Shown: positions 1 to 11,611, counted from the first letter of the stretch. The stretch is 41,733 nucleotides of DNA from Lysobacter sp. (GCA_020852215.1 JADZBF010000332.1:1-41733), one strand, 5' to 3'. A program made the numbers and translations. Notes: generated from the letters alone by a model not told the origin.

Positions 1-708
1 TTGACCGACAACACCACCGGGCATCTCGTCGCCGACATCGAAAAACTGCGCGAAACGCTCGGCATCGATCGCTGGCAAGTGTTCGGCGGCTCGTGGGGCT
101 CGACGCTCGCCTTGGCCTACGCCGAAGCCCATCCGGCACGCGTGACCGAACTGGTGCTGCGCGGCATCTTCATGCTGCGGCGCTGGGAACTGGAATGGTT
201 CTATCAGGAAGGCGCCTCGCGCTTGTTCCCCGATGCGTGGGAACACTATCTCGCCGCGATTCCGTCGGTCGAACGTCACGATCTGATGTCCGCCTATCAC
301 CGCCGGCTCCCCAGCGACGACCCGGCGACGCGTCTCGCCGCCGCGCGCGCCTGGAGCGTGTGGGAAGGCGCCACCAGTTTTCTGCACATCGACGACGATT
401 TCGTCGCCGGTCACGAGGACGAAGCGTTCGCGCTGGCCTTCGCGCGCATCGAAAACCATTATTTCGTCAACGGCGGTTTCTTCGAAGTCGAAGACCAACT
501 GCTGCGCGATGCGCACAAACTCGCCGACATTCCCGGTGTGATCGTCCACGGCCGCTACGACGTGGTCTGCCCGATCCAAAATGCCTGGGATCTGCATAAG
601 GTCTGGAAGAAGTGCGAGTTGATCATCTCGCCCGCCTCCGGCCATTCCGCGTACGAACCGGAAACCACCGATGCCTTGATTCGCGCGACGGACAAATTCG
701 CGGTGTAA
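1..708 (+). CDS. pip: Proline iminopeptidase (prolyl aminopeptidase, S33), 5' truncated by window edge
   Basis: GGSWG nucleophile elbow, LVLRGIF, ARIENHYFVN, HGRYDVVCP and SGHS motifs typical of Pip. Confidence 0.95.
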   Translation: MTDNTTGHLVADIEKLRETLGIDRWQVFGGSWGSTLALAYAEAHPARVTELVLRGIFMLRRWELEWFYQEGASRLFPDAWEHYLAAIPSVERHDLMSAYHRRLPSDDPATRLAAARAWSVWEGATSFLHIDDDFVAGHEDEAFALAFARIENHYFVNGGFFEVEDQLLRDAHKLADIPGVIVHGRYDVVCPIQNAWDLHKVWKKCELIISPASGHSAYEPETTDALIRATDKFAV

Positions 709-723
709 CTCGCGATCCGAGGC

Positions 724-744
724 GTAGGGCGGGCCTTGGCCCGC
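724..744 (+). repeat. GTAG-type REP palindrome
   Basis: gtagggcgggccttggcccgcc: GTAG tetranucleotide followed by a GC-rich hairpin just after the pip stop. Confidence 0.6.
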
Positions 745-871
745 CATTGCGGTAGCCGTGATAGGTGCTCGGACGAGCTTCGTGCGTAAAGTGAATGAGA
801 CAATTGTCGCCGTGGGGAAGGTGCGCCCTGCGTGTTGAAGGCTAAGACTAGGCGCTAGAGTCGAAATACCT

Positions 872-1783
872 ATGCGGAACGACCGAAAAGAAAAAATGGA
901 GGACAGGGTGATTGACTGCCTCATCAAGTCGACTCGAAGCCTGTGTGGAGTCGATCTGAATGCGAGTGAGCGTCCAGATCGGCCTATTGGATCGCGACCA
1001 CCGACTCAAGGTGGATGTGATGCGATCATCTCCGGGCTGGATTACAAAGTTGCCGTGCAAATAGCTGAGGTCCCGATTGCTCCTGGAGCCTATGCGCAGA
1101 ACGCAAAAATTCAGGAGTTGAGGGCTGTTGTTGTCCCCCTGTTGGAGGAGGCTTGCCCAGGGCAGCAGGTTGATGTTGTCATTGATGCTGGAACGGTCGG
1201 TGCCGCTTTTCATGGGAGAAATCCTGCGCGTACAAGCCAAGTGGCGCAAAACATAATCGATCAAGTTATGCGGGTACCTTTGGCGTCTGGTTTTTCCAGA
1301 TATGAGTACGCTCCGTTTTCGCTCGACGATGGGATGCGTGGCGTCGTGAATCGAAAATCTTCGAAATCGCCTTTTGTCGCTGTTTCCTGTGGGCTAACGG
1401 ATGAGGCAGGGTTCGATGCGTCTTTCAAGGAAGTGCTTGAGAAAAAATGCCGTCAATTCGATATCTATCGAGGAACGCATTTGTTGTGCGTCGCACTTTG
1501 GTCTACCGATTTTATGCATCTGAACCATGAGATTGTGGTGTCGGCTTTTGCGTCATGTGGTGTCGATCATTCGGAAATCGATTCGGTATGGTTTGTGGGC
1601 GGGAGGAATGTGCCGGAGGTTTACCCGTTGCGGGCTTACGATCTCGACTGTCGCAATGATGCTCGCTATATCGAGGAGCTTTACTTCTGGTGGCCTGAAG
1701 ATGCTGTGCAAGAGCCGCGGCCTTTCAAGAGAATCCCACAGCGCTTTGGGCAGCGCCCAATCACAGCGAGTCGGGTGGGGTGA
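872..1783 (+). CDS. Hypothetical protein, AT-richer than flanks; possible PD-(D/E)XK-like fold
   Basis: 303-aa ORF with atypical codon usage; RPD...CDAII...VAVQIAEV loosely resembles a restriction-endonuclease-like core. Confidence 0.65.
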   Translation: MRNDRKEKMEDRVIDCLIKSTRSLCGVDLNASERPDRPIGSRPPTQGGCDAIISGLDYKVAVQIAEVPIAPGAYAQNAKIQELRAVVVPLLEEACPGQQVDVVIDAGTVGAAFHGRNPARTSQVAQNIIDQVMRVPLASGFSRYEYAPFSLDDGMRGVVNRKSSKSPFVAVSCGLTDEAGFDASFKEVLEKKCRQFDIYRGTHLLCVALWSTDFMHLNHEIVVSAFASCGVDHSEIDSVWFVGGRNVPEVYPLRAYDLDCRNDARYIEELYFWWPEDAVQEPRPFKRIPQRFGQRPITASRVG

Positions 1784-1925
1784 GCGCAGCGAACCCCATC
1801 ATTCCTACTCGTCGGTTGCCATGGCGCGTGAGCAGAATCGGTCGATCGATTCTGCAAGATCACCGAAGATCGAAATGCCGACGCTTCGGTGATGACCGGG
1901 TTCGCGCTCCGCTCACGCCACCCCC
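1773..1925. repeat. Inverted REP pair (REPIN-like)
   Basis: gggtggggtgagcgcagcgaacccc (about 1773-1797) and an approximate inverse gggttcgcgctccgctcacgccacccc (about 1898-1924). Confidence 0.6.
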
Positions 1926-2071
1926 ACGCCGCCCCCACGCCCTCTCCACGCAGCCCCACAGGGCATGATGTCCCGCATGCGCCTATGCTGCGGCGCATTG
2001 CCGGACATCCGCGGGTTTTGCGTTATCCCCGAGGATGAGACGAATCTCACCGCGCCATAAGGAACCGACGT

Positions 2072-3556
2072 ATGCCCAAGGAACTGGTGGAACTGCTGGC
2101 CGATTTCGAGCGGCAGGACGATACCGGACGGAAGCTGCGCGGCATCATCGCGGAAGTGCCGAGTCTGAAAGCCGATCTGGAAAAGGCGGCGCGCGACGAC
2201 AACCTGGTGGCGATCCGCTACGGCGATCTGGGCGGCAGCAACGGTACCTACGACTACGCAAGCAGGACGTTGACGCTCAACCGCGCGCTGAAGCATGGCG
2301 TGGACGAGGGTGATGCCGATTCGATCATCGCGCTGGCCTGCGTGGCCGGCCACGAGGGCAGCCACGCCACGCGCGGCCACATCAGCCGTGCGCATACCGC
2401 GGAGATCGAAAGGGATGTCGCTGACGTGCATGCCCAAGGCGCGGGCCTGCGCGACTACACCGCAGTGGCCAAGCGACATGTCGATTACATCCTCAAGGAG
2501 GAAGCGACGGCGGAAATCGGCGGGTTCAACGCGGCGGTGGCGGCGTGCAAACGGATCGAAAGGCTGGATTTTACGGACACCTTGCAATCCCTCGCTCAGA
2601 AAGGGCCGGGCTCCCTGAAGGACGGCCCCGAATCGGTGACGCTGGGACAATTCCAAGAATACGTCGAGGGCGTACAGGGTAGATTCGGCACCGATTATCG
2701 ACTCAAAGGCGGTGTTCAGCCCGGCGAGGGCGATCTGCTCGAACCGGCGAACAAGAGCCATCTCGATTTCATGCGCACGCATTTTTCCGATCGCAGCTTC
2801 GGCGAGGATCCGAACAAAGACCGCTATTACCGGCACACCGCCGTCGCCGACATCGTTCGTCTCGCGATCAAGGACGGTGCGCAACCCGCCGATATCGGTC
2901 TGGACATGAACGCGCTGGAGGTGCGAAGAGCGGGCTTCGCGGATAAGTTCCGTAATCTGCAGGGGCAGCCGGTGAACGTGGAGTTCGCGAACGTGGTGTC
3001 GGCGCCCGTGTTGCCGCCTCAGCCTTCTCAGCCGCAACCGCTGGCTTCGCCGCAACCGGCCTTGCGCATCGACGCTTCGGAGCCTGTGGAATTCGTGGGC
3101 GGCAACAGCAACAAACGCGTGCGCGAACGCTCTCCCGAAAGCGTCGAGGGCGAAGGCCAGGGCGTGAAGGCGCTGAAACCGCTGTTGAACCCGGAATTGC
3201 TGGAGCAGGCGCGAAAGTTCCTGGGGTCGAATGAGAACCAGGAAGCGATCGCAGGCAAAGGCCTGGCCCAACAAACCGACCGCCTGGCGTATGCCACTGC
3301 GGTTGCCGCGCAGAACAATGGCCTTGCGAAAATCGAGGACGTGAGGATCCACAGTGGCGCTATCTGGGTTTCCTCCGCGCCCCGGGACGCGGATTACGGC
3401 GAAAACCGCTGCGTCGGATTGATGACATCGTGCGCGCGGAAGACCGAAGAGGAGCATCTGGCCAACGTGACAGTATCGCCGGCGCCCAGCGGCCTCGCGC
3501 AGGGCAGCGGTCAGTTGGCCCAGGATCTCGCCGCGAGGAAGAGTCAGCAGATATAG
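2072..3556 (+). CDS. Putative Xanthomonadales T4SS effector: HExxH metalloprotease-like N-terminus plus divergent C-terminal XVIPCD
   Basis: RBS aagga; AGHEGSH motif followed by EEATAEIGGFNA; C-terminal LAYATAVAAQNNGLAKIEDVRI...IWVSS...TEEEHLANV and Q-containing tail resemble XVIPCD. Confidence 0.65.
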   Translation: MPKELVELLADFERQDDTGRKLRGIIAEVPSLKADLEKAARDDNLVAIRYGDLGGSNGTYDYASRTLTLNRALKHGVDEGDADSIIALACVAGHEGSHATRGHISRAHTAEIERDVADVHAQGAGLRDYTAVAKRHVDYILKEEATAEIGGFNAAVAACKRIERLDFTDTLQSLAQKGPGSLKDGPESVTLGQFQEYVEGVQGRFGTDYRLKGGVQPGEGDLLEPANKSHLDFMRTHFSDRSFGEDPNKDRYYRHTAVADIVRLAIKDGAQPADIGLDMNALEVRRAGFADKFRNLQGQPVNVEFANVVSAPVLPPQPSQPQPLASPQPALRIDASEPVEFVGGNSNKRVRERSPESVEGEGQGVKALKPLLNPELLEQARKFLGSNENQEAIAGKGLAQQTDRLAYATAVAAQNNGLAKIEDVRIHSGAIWVSSAPRDADYGENRCVGLMTSCARKTEEEHLANVTVSPAPSGLAQGSGQLAQDLAARKSQQI

Positions 3557-3668
3557 CGCAGGGTCGGAACGCCGGCGCGATGGCGAGGGGGCTCCGAGGT
3601 TGGTGGCTTCGCCGAATGGGTGCGTATCGCGATTCCCGATGCGCAGCGTGGGCTGTCGATCGATGTGT

Positions 3669-4268
3669 TCACAGCCCGAACCAAGCGAACCCGCGATCGC
3701 TCGTGAGCACGAGCAGCGCGGCGATATTGAGGACGACGGTGCCCCAGTAGGTGACTTGGAATTCGCGCTTGAGCCATTTATGCCTGAACACGCGCTGCGC
3801 CAACAGAGCGCCGGGCCAGCCGCAGAGCAATCCGATCGCGTGCAAGCTGGCTTCCGGCGTGCGCCATTCGCCGCTTTCGGCGGCTTTCTTGTCCTGCCCG
3901 TACGCGAACAAGGCGACCACGCTCATCGCGGCATAGGCGACCGCGACCAGCGGCGGAATTTTCTGGACGAACACGCCCGCGACCAGCGCGATGCAGAACA
4001 GCGCCGCGAAGATCGGCCCGAACTTGCCCGGCGTCGCGCTGTTGTCTTCTTTCGCGGGCTGTCCCGCGTAACGAATGGCGTTCGCTTGCAGCCGCCCCTG
4101 CGCGTCGCGCGAGAGAGCGTAGGTGATGAGATCGCCCTCGACCGGGCGCCGCGGCAGTCGCTCGAAGGCCTTGACGTGAACGAACGCCTTGTCGCCGCCG
4201 CCGTTGGGCGTCACGAAGCCGAAGCCTTTGTCGTCGTTCCAATTGTGGAGTCGTCCTTGGTAGCGCAT
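3669..4268 (-). CDS. Cold-shock domain plus DUF1294 membrane protein
   Basis: WNDDKGFGFVTPNGGGDKAFVHV (CSD RNP motifs); YGQDKKAA...WRTPEASLH...GWPGALLAQRVFRHK (DUF1294). Confidence 0.92.
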   Translation of the reverse strand: MRYQGRLHNWNDDKGFGFVTPNGGGDKAFVHVKAFERLPRRPVEGDLITYALSRDAQGRLQANAIRYAGQPAKEDNSATPGKFGPIFAALFCIALVAGVFVQKIPPLVAVAYAAMSVVALFAYGQDKKAAESGEWRTPEASLHAIGLLCGWPGALLAQRVFRHKWLKREFQVTYWGTVVLNIAALLVLTSDRGFAWFGL

Positions 4269-4280
4269 CGCGAATCAATC

Positions 4281-5132
4281 CTAGGAGGTACGCCGAATTT
4301 TAGAATATGCGCTGTGCTTGTCGAGAATCGAGCGCCACAAACGCTGAGGCGGAATGCCGGCGTGCCCGGATTCCTGCGCGTCGTTGCATTCGATCGCGAT
4401 CCAGCGCCCGTCCGCAGCGCGAGCGATATCCACGACGAGGAACGGCACCGGAACGCGCGCCGCGACCTCGGCCGCCAGCGCGATGCCGTCGTCGATGCGA
4501 TCGCTGGCGTAAACGGGCACCTGATACCAGTAGGGGCCGCAGCCGACGCATGTTCCATGCAGCCAGAACGTCCGGAATTCGAGCGAGGGGCGGATTTTGC
4601 CGGGAATCTCGCCGCTGACGGGCGCCAGCGGCACGAACTCGCGAAGCACCGGTTTCTGCCAGTGCAAAATCGGATCGTTGCGGTAAGCCGCTGCGGCGCG
4701 CGCGTAATGCGCGCGGTTCGCGATCACCGCGAGATCGGGGTTGTGTTTGCTGGTTTGACGCGAACCTTTGAGAAACACCGGCCATCCGAATTCGGCTTCG
4801 ACCAGATCGGCCTCCGGCAGCGCGTCGAACACGCGGGTCTTCGGCGTCATGTCCGCGATCAGCGGATACCAATGCTCGATCTCGCTGGCGAGTCGGTGTT
4901 GGTCCGGGTCGTTCACCGGACGAATACCGGCTTCGATCGCGTCGCGATAGCAGGCCGAATAATCGGCCGGTGCCCCGATGCGAAAAATGCCGTCGTATTC
5001 TCTATCGAGTCGATACGGATGCCTGCATGCGAAGTGCAGACCGAAGTCGACATCGTACGCCGACACGCCCGTTGGACGGCTCAGGATCGCGAGTTCGTTT
5101 TCGATCAGCAGCAATTCCATGCCCGGCTGCAT
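4281..5132 (-). CDS. ATP-grasp domain protein (R2K clade / DUF4343-like)
   Basis: WPVFLKG, VLREFVPL, LEFRTFW, FLVVDIA...WIAIECNDAQESG; ATG overlaps upstream TGA (TGATG). Confidence 0.8.
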   Translation of the reverse strand: MQPGMELLLIENELAILSRPTGVSAYDVDFGLHFACRHPYRLDREYDGIFRIGAPADYSACYRDAIEAGIRPVNDPDQHRLASEIEHWYPLIADMTPKTRVFDALPEADLVEAEFGWPVFLKGSRQTSKHNPDLAVIANRAHYARAAAAYRNDPILHWQKPVLREFVPLAPVSGEIPGKIRPSLEFRTFWLHGTCVGCGPYWYQVPVYASDRIDDGIALAAEVAARVPVPFLVVDIARAADGRWIAIECNDAQESGHAGIPPQRLWRSILDKHSAYSKIRRTS

Positions 5133-5785
5133 CAAATCGACGCCTCGAACCCCGCCATATCCTCTTCGAGCAACATATCCCGCAACTGCGTCGCCGAGGC
5201 GCGGCGCATCGGTTGTTCGTCGATGCTCGACAACGGCGCTTGGCGCAGGGCAGCGTGCGGGAGCACGCAGACATCGAAGCTGAGGTCTTCTGCGGCGAAC
5301 AGCCAGACGGTGCAGTCGAGCGCGCGTTCCCGGTCCAGACGCACGCGGCGGGCGCGCGCTTCGGCGGGGATGCGGTGATCTTCGAGGAAGCGCGGGACGT
5401 TGTCGGCGTCGTCGGTGTACAGATGCAGTTGCACGGGCGAAGTGGCGTCGGCGGTGCCGTCCAGCACAGGGCCGACGAGGCGCGGGTCGAAACCGGCGAA
5501 GAATTCCAATGCGCGCAACGCGGCTTCGCGCCGATGGCGCAGCGCGTCGGTTTGCTGGTCGCCTTGGAACAGCCGCTGATATTCCCGCAGCGCCTCTTCG
5601 ATCTCGCGATTGCGCGGCAGCGAAGCGTCGTCGTGGATGCCTAACCGCTCAGCGGCTTTGAGCTTGGCTTGATGAAAATCGCGCACGCCGGATTCGGCGA
5701 TCAATTTGGCGGCTTCGCGCGCGAGGCGATAACGGCGCTCGCGGGTTTTCGTCTCGGCGTGTTGGCGGGCGTGGTGCATGGGCAT
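5132..5785 (-). CDS. Conserved hypothetical protein with nucleotidyltransferase-like core
   Basis: LAREAAKLIAESG..DFHQAKLKAAERLG; PRLVGPVLDGTADATSPVQLHL. Confidence 0.8.
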   Translation of the reverse strand: MPMHHARQHAETKTRERRYRLAREAAKLIAESGVRDFHQAKLKAAERLGIHDDASLPRNREIEEALREYQRLFQGDQQTDALRHRREAALRALEFFAGFDPRLVGPVLDGTADATSPVQLHLYTDDADNVPRFLEDHRIPAEARARRVRLDRERALDCTVWLFAAEDLSFDVCVLPHAALRQAPLSSIDEQPMRRASATQLRDMLLEEDMAGFEASI

Positions 5786-5824
5786 CGTCCCGGCGTGGGC
5801 CAGTTGACGACTGTAACCGAAGTG

Positions 5825-5880
5825 TCGGGAATGGGGAATGGAGGGTTGATCGGGGATGGGGAATCGAGAATGGAGAATCG
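5825..5880 (+). repeat. Degenerate GGGAAT(C/G) heptamer tract
   Basis: gggaatggggaatggag...ggggatggggaatcgagaatggagaatcg; complementary in orientation to the CGATTCC tract at 6044-6085. Confidence 0.65.
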
Positions 5881-5928
5881 TCGGAGCGAAAAGCAGGTCC
5901 CTCGCTGCGCTCGGGATGACGACACCAT

Positions 5929-6043
5929 GTAGAGCGGAGCAAAGCTCCGCTGATGCTTTTCCGTGATCTTTCAGCGGAGCTTCGCTCCGCTCTACAGATG
6001 ATGCATTTCCTTGACCTTTCAGCGGAGCTTCGCTCCGCTCTAC
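5929..6043. repeat. Three GTAG-type REP units (REPIN/BIME-like)
   Basis: gtagagcggagcaaagctccgctg (5929-5952) and two inverted copies cagcggagcttcgctccgctctac (5972-5995, 6020-6043). Confidence 0.85.
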
Positions 6044-6085
6044 CGATTCCCGATTCCCGATTCCCGATTCCCGATTCCCGATTAC
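6044..6085 (+). repeat. Heptamer tandem repeat (CGATTCC)x5 plus one variant
   Basis: Directly visible tandem array just past the mrcA stop codon. Confidence 0.9.
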
Positions 6086-6091
6086 CGATGC

Positions 6092-8647
6092 TCAGAAGAT
6101 GTTGAACGAATCCTCGCTCGGCGCCGCTTCGTCGGCCGAGCCGTAATCGACGTAGGTTTCCATGCGTTCGAGGTCTTCCACCTTCACGTATTCGATGATG
6201 CCGCCGCTGCCTTCGGTCGGCAGCAATTGGCCGCTGGCGGTGACCGCCACTTTGACCATGCCGTCGGGCGGATCGTTGGCGGCGATCGGCACGTCCTTGA
6301 GCGCGGTTTTCATGTAGTCGATCCAGATCGGCAGCGCGGCTTTGCCGCCGTATTCGCGATAGCCCAGCGTGGTGTTATCGCTCTTGCCCACCCAGACCGC
6401 GGTGACCAGATTGCCGCCGGTGCCGGCGAACCACGCGTCGCGGTGATTGTTGGTAGAGCCGGTTTTGCCGGAGATATCCTCGCGGCCGATGCTGCGGGCA
6501 TCGGTGGCGGTGCCGCGCAGCACCACGTCGCGCATCATCGAGATCATCTGATAAGCGATGCGCTCGTCGATGGCGCGCGGCGCCAGCACGCTGTTGGCCG
6601 GCAGCGTCGTCGCCGGTTTCACGGACGTGTCCTTCGGCTTATCGCCTTTGGCGGCGGTGGGCTTGGCGCCGCCCGCAGGGCCGAAATCGAAACCGTCCAC
6701 GACCTGCGAGACCGGCTGCGTGGGCGACGCACCGAAGCCGCGGCCGTTGCCGCAGCCGCGACAGGCGACCGGCGGCTTTTCCTTGGCGATGACCTTGCCT
6801 TCGCGATCGCGCACTTCGTCGATGAACCACGCGTTGACCCGGAAGCCGCCGTTGGCGAACACCGCGTAGCCGCGCGCGATCGACAGCGGCGTCAGCGACG
6901 GTGTGCCTAGCGAAATCGACAGGTTCGGCGGCAATTCGTTCTCGGCGAAACCGAATTGAGTGATGTACTTGCGCGCGTATTCCACGCCGATAGCGTCGAG
7001 CATGCGCACCGACACCAGATTGCGCGAGCGCACCAAGGCCTCGCGCACGCGCACCGGGCCGGCGAACCCGCCGCCGTCGTTCTGCGGACGCCACACTTTG
7101 CCGGCGCGCATGCGGAACACCACCGGCGCGTCCAGCACGATCGACGCGGGGTTGTAGCCGCGTTCGAACGCCGCGGCGTAGACGAAGGGCTTGAACGACG
7201 AACCCGGCTGACGTCGCGCCTGGGTGGCGTTATTGAATTTGTTGCCGGCGTAGCTGTAGCCGCCGACCAGCGCCCGCACCGCGCCGGTGTCCGCGTCCAG
7301 CGAGACCAGGGCCGATTGCGCGCGCGGTAATTGATCCAGGCGGTATTTGACCTCGCCCGCGGGCTTGGCGGGCGTCGCCGCCGCGGCGGCGTTTTTGGCG
7401 TCGGCCGTGGCCGCTTTCTTGTCTTCGTCGGGCACGATGGCCCGCACGCGGATCAAATCGCCGCGTTTGACCAGCGCGGCGGGCGATTTGCCGGTCCAAC
7501 GCGCGGCGTCGGGGCCGAGCGCGATGCTCGTCCCGTTCGCGAGTACTGCCTGGACGTTGCCGCCGTCCAGCGCGGTCACGATCGCCGGCATCAGCGGGCC
7601 CTGCGTCGGGATGCCGCGCAGACGCGCGGCGGTGGTGGCGAGGTCCTCGTTCGCGCCGAGCTCGAAGGTCTGCTCGACTTTCGCCCAGCCGTGGCGATGG
7701 TGGTAGACCGCCAAGCCGTCGCGTACCGCTTCGTCGGCCGCCGTCTGCAGGGCCGGGTCGATGGTGGTGACGACGTGGTAGCCCTTGGTCAACACATCGT
7801 TGCCGTAGCGGGCGATCATCTCCTGGCGCACCATTTCCGCCACGAAAGGCGCCGACACTTCGATTTGACGTTCGTGCGGGCTGGCGTGCATCGGCGTCGC
7901 TTTCGCCGCCTCTTCCTCCGCCGCGCTGATCATCTTGAGTTTCAGCATCCGCTCCAGGATGTAGTCGCGGCGAATTTTCGCGCGGTCGGGATTGCTCAAC
8001 GGGTTGCCGCTGGAGGGGAACTTCGGAATCGCCGCGAGCGAGGCCATTTCGTCCAGGGTGAGCTGATCGAGCGTCTTACCGTAATAAAACTCGGCCGCGG
8101 CGCCGACGCCATACGCGCGGTTGCCGAAGAAGCTCTTGTTCAGATAGAGCTCGAAGATCTCGTCCTTCGTCAGTTCTTCCTCCATCTTGCGCGCGAGCAG
8201 CATCTCCGAGAATTTGCGCTTCAAGCTGTATTCGGAGCTGAGGAAGAACATCTTGGCGACTTGCTGCGTGATCGTCGAACCGCCGGCCACGCGCTCCTTG
8301 TCGGTGGTCAGCAACTGCCAGATCGCGCGACCGACGCCTTTGTAATCGACGCCGCCGTGTTCGTAGAAACGCGCATCCTCGATCGCCATGAACGAGTCTT
8401 TCAGGCGCTTGGGTACTTTTTCGATCTTGACCGGGTAGCGCCGGGTCTCGCCGAACAACCCCATCAGTCGCCCGTCGCGGGCGTAGACGTAGAGCGGTTC
8501 CTGCAGTTCGACGTTGCGCAGGCTCTGCACGTCGGGGAGATTGGAGGAGACGGAGTAGTAGATGACGCCGAAGACGGCTCCGCCGGCCAGCAGGCCGAGG
8601 AATGACAACAAGAACGCCCAACGCAGGAAGCGGCGGATGCGAGACAT
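6092..8647 (-). CDS. mrcA: Penicillin-binding protein 1A (class A PBP)
   Basis: Transglycosylase [23 protein letters not shown]; transpeptidase SSFK, SRN, KTG; start taken at [10 protein letters not shown]; divergent from pilM. Confidence 0.97.
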   Translation of the reverse strand: MSRIRRFLRWAFLLSFLGLLAGGAVFGVIYYSVSSNLPDVQSLRNVELQEPLYVYARDGRLMGLFGETRRYPVKIEKVPKRLKDSFMAIEDARFYEHGGVDYKGVGRAIWQLLTTDKERVAGGSTITQQVAKMFFLSSEYSLKRKFSEMLLARKMEEELTKDEIFELYLNKSFFGNRAYGVGAAAEFYYGKTLDQLTLDEMASLAAIPKFPSSGNPLSNPDRAKIRRDYILERMLKLKMISAAEEEAAKATPMHASPHERQIEVSAPFVAEMVRQEMIARYGNDVLTKGYHVVTTIDPALQTAADEAVRDGLAVYHHRHGWAKVEQTFELGANEDLATTAARLRGIPTQGPLMPAIVTALDGGNVQAVLANGTSIALGPDAARWTGKSPAALVKRGDLIRVRAIVPDEDKKAATADAKNAAAAATPAKPAGEVKYRLDQLPRAQSALVSLDADTGAVRALVGGYSYAGNKFNNATQARRQPGSSFKPFVYAAAFERGYNPASIVLDAPVVFRMRAGKVWRPQNDGGGFAGPVRVREALVRSRNLVSVRMLDAIGVEYARKYITQFGFAENELPPNLSISLGTPSLTPLSIARGYAVFANGGFRVNAWFIDEVRDREGKVIAKEKPPVACRGCGNGRGFGASPTQPVSQVVDGFDFGPAGGAKPTAAKGDKPKDTSVKPATTLPANSVLAPRAIDERIAYQMISMMRDVVLRGTATDARSIGREDISGKTGSTNNHRDAWFAGTGGNLVTAVWVGKSDNTTLGYREYGGKAALPIWIDYMKTALKDVPIAANDPPDGMVKVAVTASGQLLPTEGSGGIIEYVKVEDLERMETYVDYGSADEAAPSEDSFNIF

Positions 8648-9000
8648 GGGGAAGGTCGTTCCTCGGTTGGTGGAGCGGGTGCGAGATGCGCGATTATAGG
8701 GGGCGGCCTCGCGGCGTCGCGCTGGGTCGTCGGGGGAGCTGTTCGGATTCGATGCCCAACCCCGGGCTGGCCCGGTTGGGACGCCCTTCGAACCCGGGAA
8801 GGGGGGCGGGCTCGCGCGCAAACCCGGCTCGGGGCCAGGTTCGGCGCAGTCCGCGGAACCGGGGTCTCGCGGACCGTGACCGGAGCCGCAAACCTCGTCG
8901 GACAGCGGTTTCGGCAGGGCTTCCGGGCTGTGACGGAGGTCTCTTCCGGGAGCTTCCGCGCAACGGACAGTTGCCTTGGGGGGAAAAGTCCGTTATTTAA

Positions 9001-10106
<1,106 letters not shown>

Positions 10107-10107
<1 letters not shown>

Positions 10108-10859
10108 TGGCACGGATCAACCTGCTCCCGTGGCGCGCCGAACGCCAAAAACAACGGCAGAAACAGTTCATGTCGATGCTGGCGCTGTCGGCGCTGGCCG
10201 GTCTCGCGCTGTGGTTCATGGTCGACCGTTACTACGACATGCAGATCGACGGTCAACGCGCGCGCAACGCCTTCCTCGACCAGCAGATCGCCGAGGCCAA
10301 GAGCCGCACGCAAGAAATCCAATTGCTCGAACAGAAAAAGAGCCGTCTGCTGTCGCGCAAGAAGGTGATCGAAGAACTGCAGGGCAATCGCTCGCAGATG
10401 GTGCATTTGTTCGATTCGCTGGTGCGCACGATCCCCGACGGCGTCACGCTGACCTCGATCAAGCAGGAAGCCGACACGCTGACGCTCGAAGGCCGCACGC
10501 AATCCAATGCGCGGATCAGTACGTACATGCGCAACTTCGAAAGTTCGGGCTGGATGACCAGCCCCGATCTGGCGATCATCGAAGCCAAGGGCGAAGACAA
10601 AGGTCTGCCGTATATCTTCCGGCTGACCGTCAAGCTCACCAATCCCAATGCGACCGTTGCGGGCAAGCCCGCCGCGCCTGCCGTGGCCGGCGCGGCGCCG
10701 ACCGCCTTGCAACCGCTGAGCCCGGCGACGCCCGCCGTCGTGCAGCCCGCACCCGCCGCAGGCCCCGCTGGTGCGGCGCCCGCGCAGCCGACGCCCGGCC
10801 CCGCTTCTCCGGCGACGACCGGACAGGCCCCGTCGGCGGCAGGAGGTAAGAAGCCGTGA
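10107..10859 (+). CDS. pilN: Type IV pilus assembly protein PilN
   Basis: MARINLLPWR N-terminal signature; TGATG coupling to pilM; Pro/Ala-rich tail. Confidence 0.97.
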
Positions 10860-11611
10860 AGAAGAAAATGTCCATCAAGGAACTCGACTTCAACAACGCC
10901 GGCGCGTGGCCTAAAGAGTGGCAGATCGGTTTCTGCGTGCTGCTCGGGCTGTTGATCCTGATTGTGCTTTGGAACTTCATGACCTCTTCCAAGGGCGATG
11001 CTCTGGAAGCGCTGGAGATCGAAGAGAAGAACAAGCGCGGCGAGTTCGAGATCGAAGCCCAGAAAGCGGCCAACCTCGAACCGTTGAAACAGCAGCTTTT
11101 GCAGATGGAACAGCAACTGCAACAGATGCTGCGCCAGTTGCCGAGCAAGACCGAAATGCCCGACTTGATCGTCGATATTTCGCAGACGGCGCTGGCCACG
11201 GGCATCCAGAACGATAAGTTCGAGCCCGGCGAAGAAACGATGAAGGAGTTCTACGCCGAGAAGCCCATCTCGCTGAAGATGGTGGGCAGCTACCACCAAT
11301 TCGGCGCGTTCGTCAGCGGTGTGGCGTCGCTGCCGCGCGTGGTCATCATGACCATGCACGACATTTCGCTGAAACCCAAAGACGACAAAACCGGTCCCAA
11401 CAAAGACAAAGTGCTGACGATCGGGCCGAATTCGGTGCTCGAACTCGAAGGCACCGTGAAGACTTACCGCTATCGCGACGAGACCGAGACCGCGCCGTCG
11501 GCCGCCGGCGCGCAGCCGGGTGCCCCGGGTGCGCCGAACAACACGGGTGCTCCGATGACGCCGACGCCCGCCGCGGTGACCGCTCCGACCACCACGGGAG
11601 GTAGCCGCTGA
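10856..11611 (+). CDS. pilO: Type IV pilus assembly protein PilO
   Basis: LRQLPSKTEMPDL, EFYAEKPI, GSYHQFGAFVSGVASLPRVV, KTYRY. Confidence 0.97.
   Translation: MKKKMSIKELDFNNAGAWPKEWQIGFCVLLGLLILIVLWNFMTSSKGDALEALEIEEKNKRGEFEIEAQKAANLEPLKQQLLQMEQQLQQMLRQLPSKTEMPDLIVDISQTALATGIQNDKFEPGEETMKEFYAEKPISLKMVGSYHQFGAFVSGVASLPRVVIMTMHDISLKPKDDKTGPNKDKVLTIGPNSVLELEGTVKTYRYRDETETAPSAAGAQPGAPGAPNNTGAPMTPTPAAVTAPTTTGGSR

Noticed and set aside
5929-6043. Three similar 24-bp units as a mini-CRISPR
   Set aside because: Mixed orientation and GTAG-hairpin structure indicate REPs
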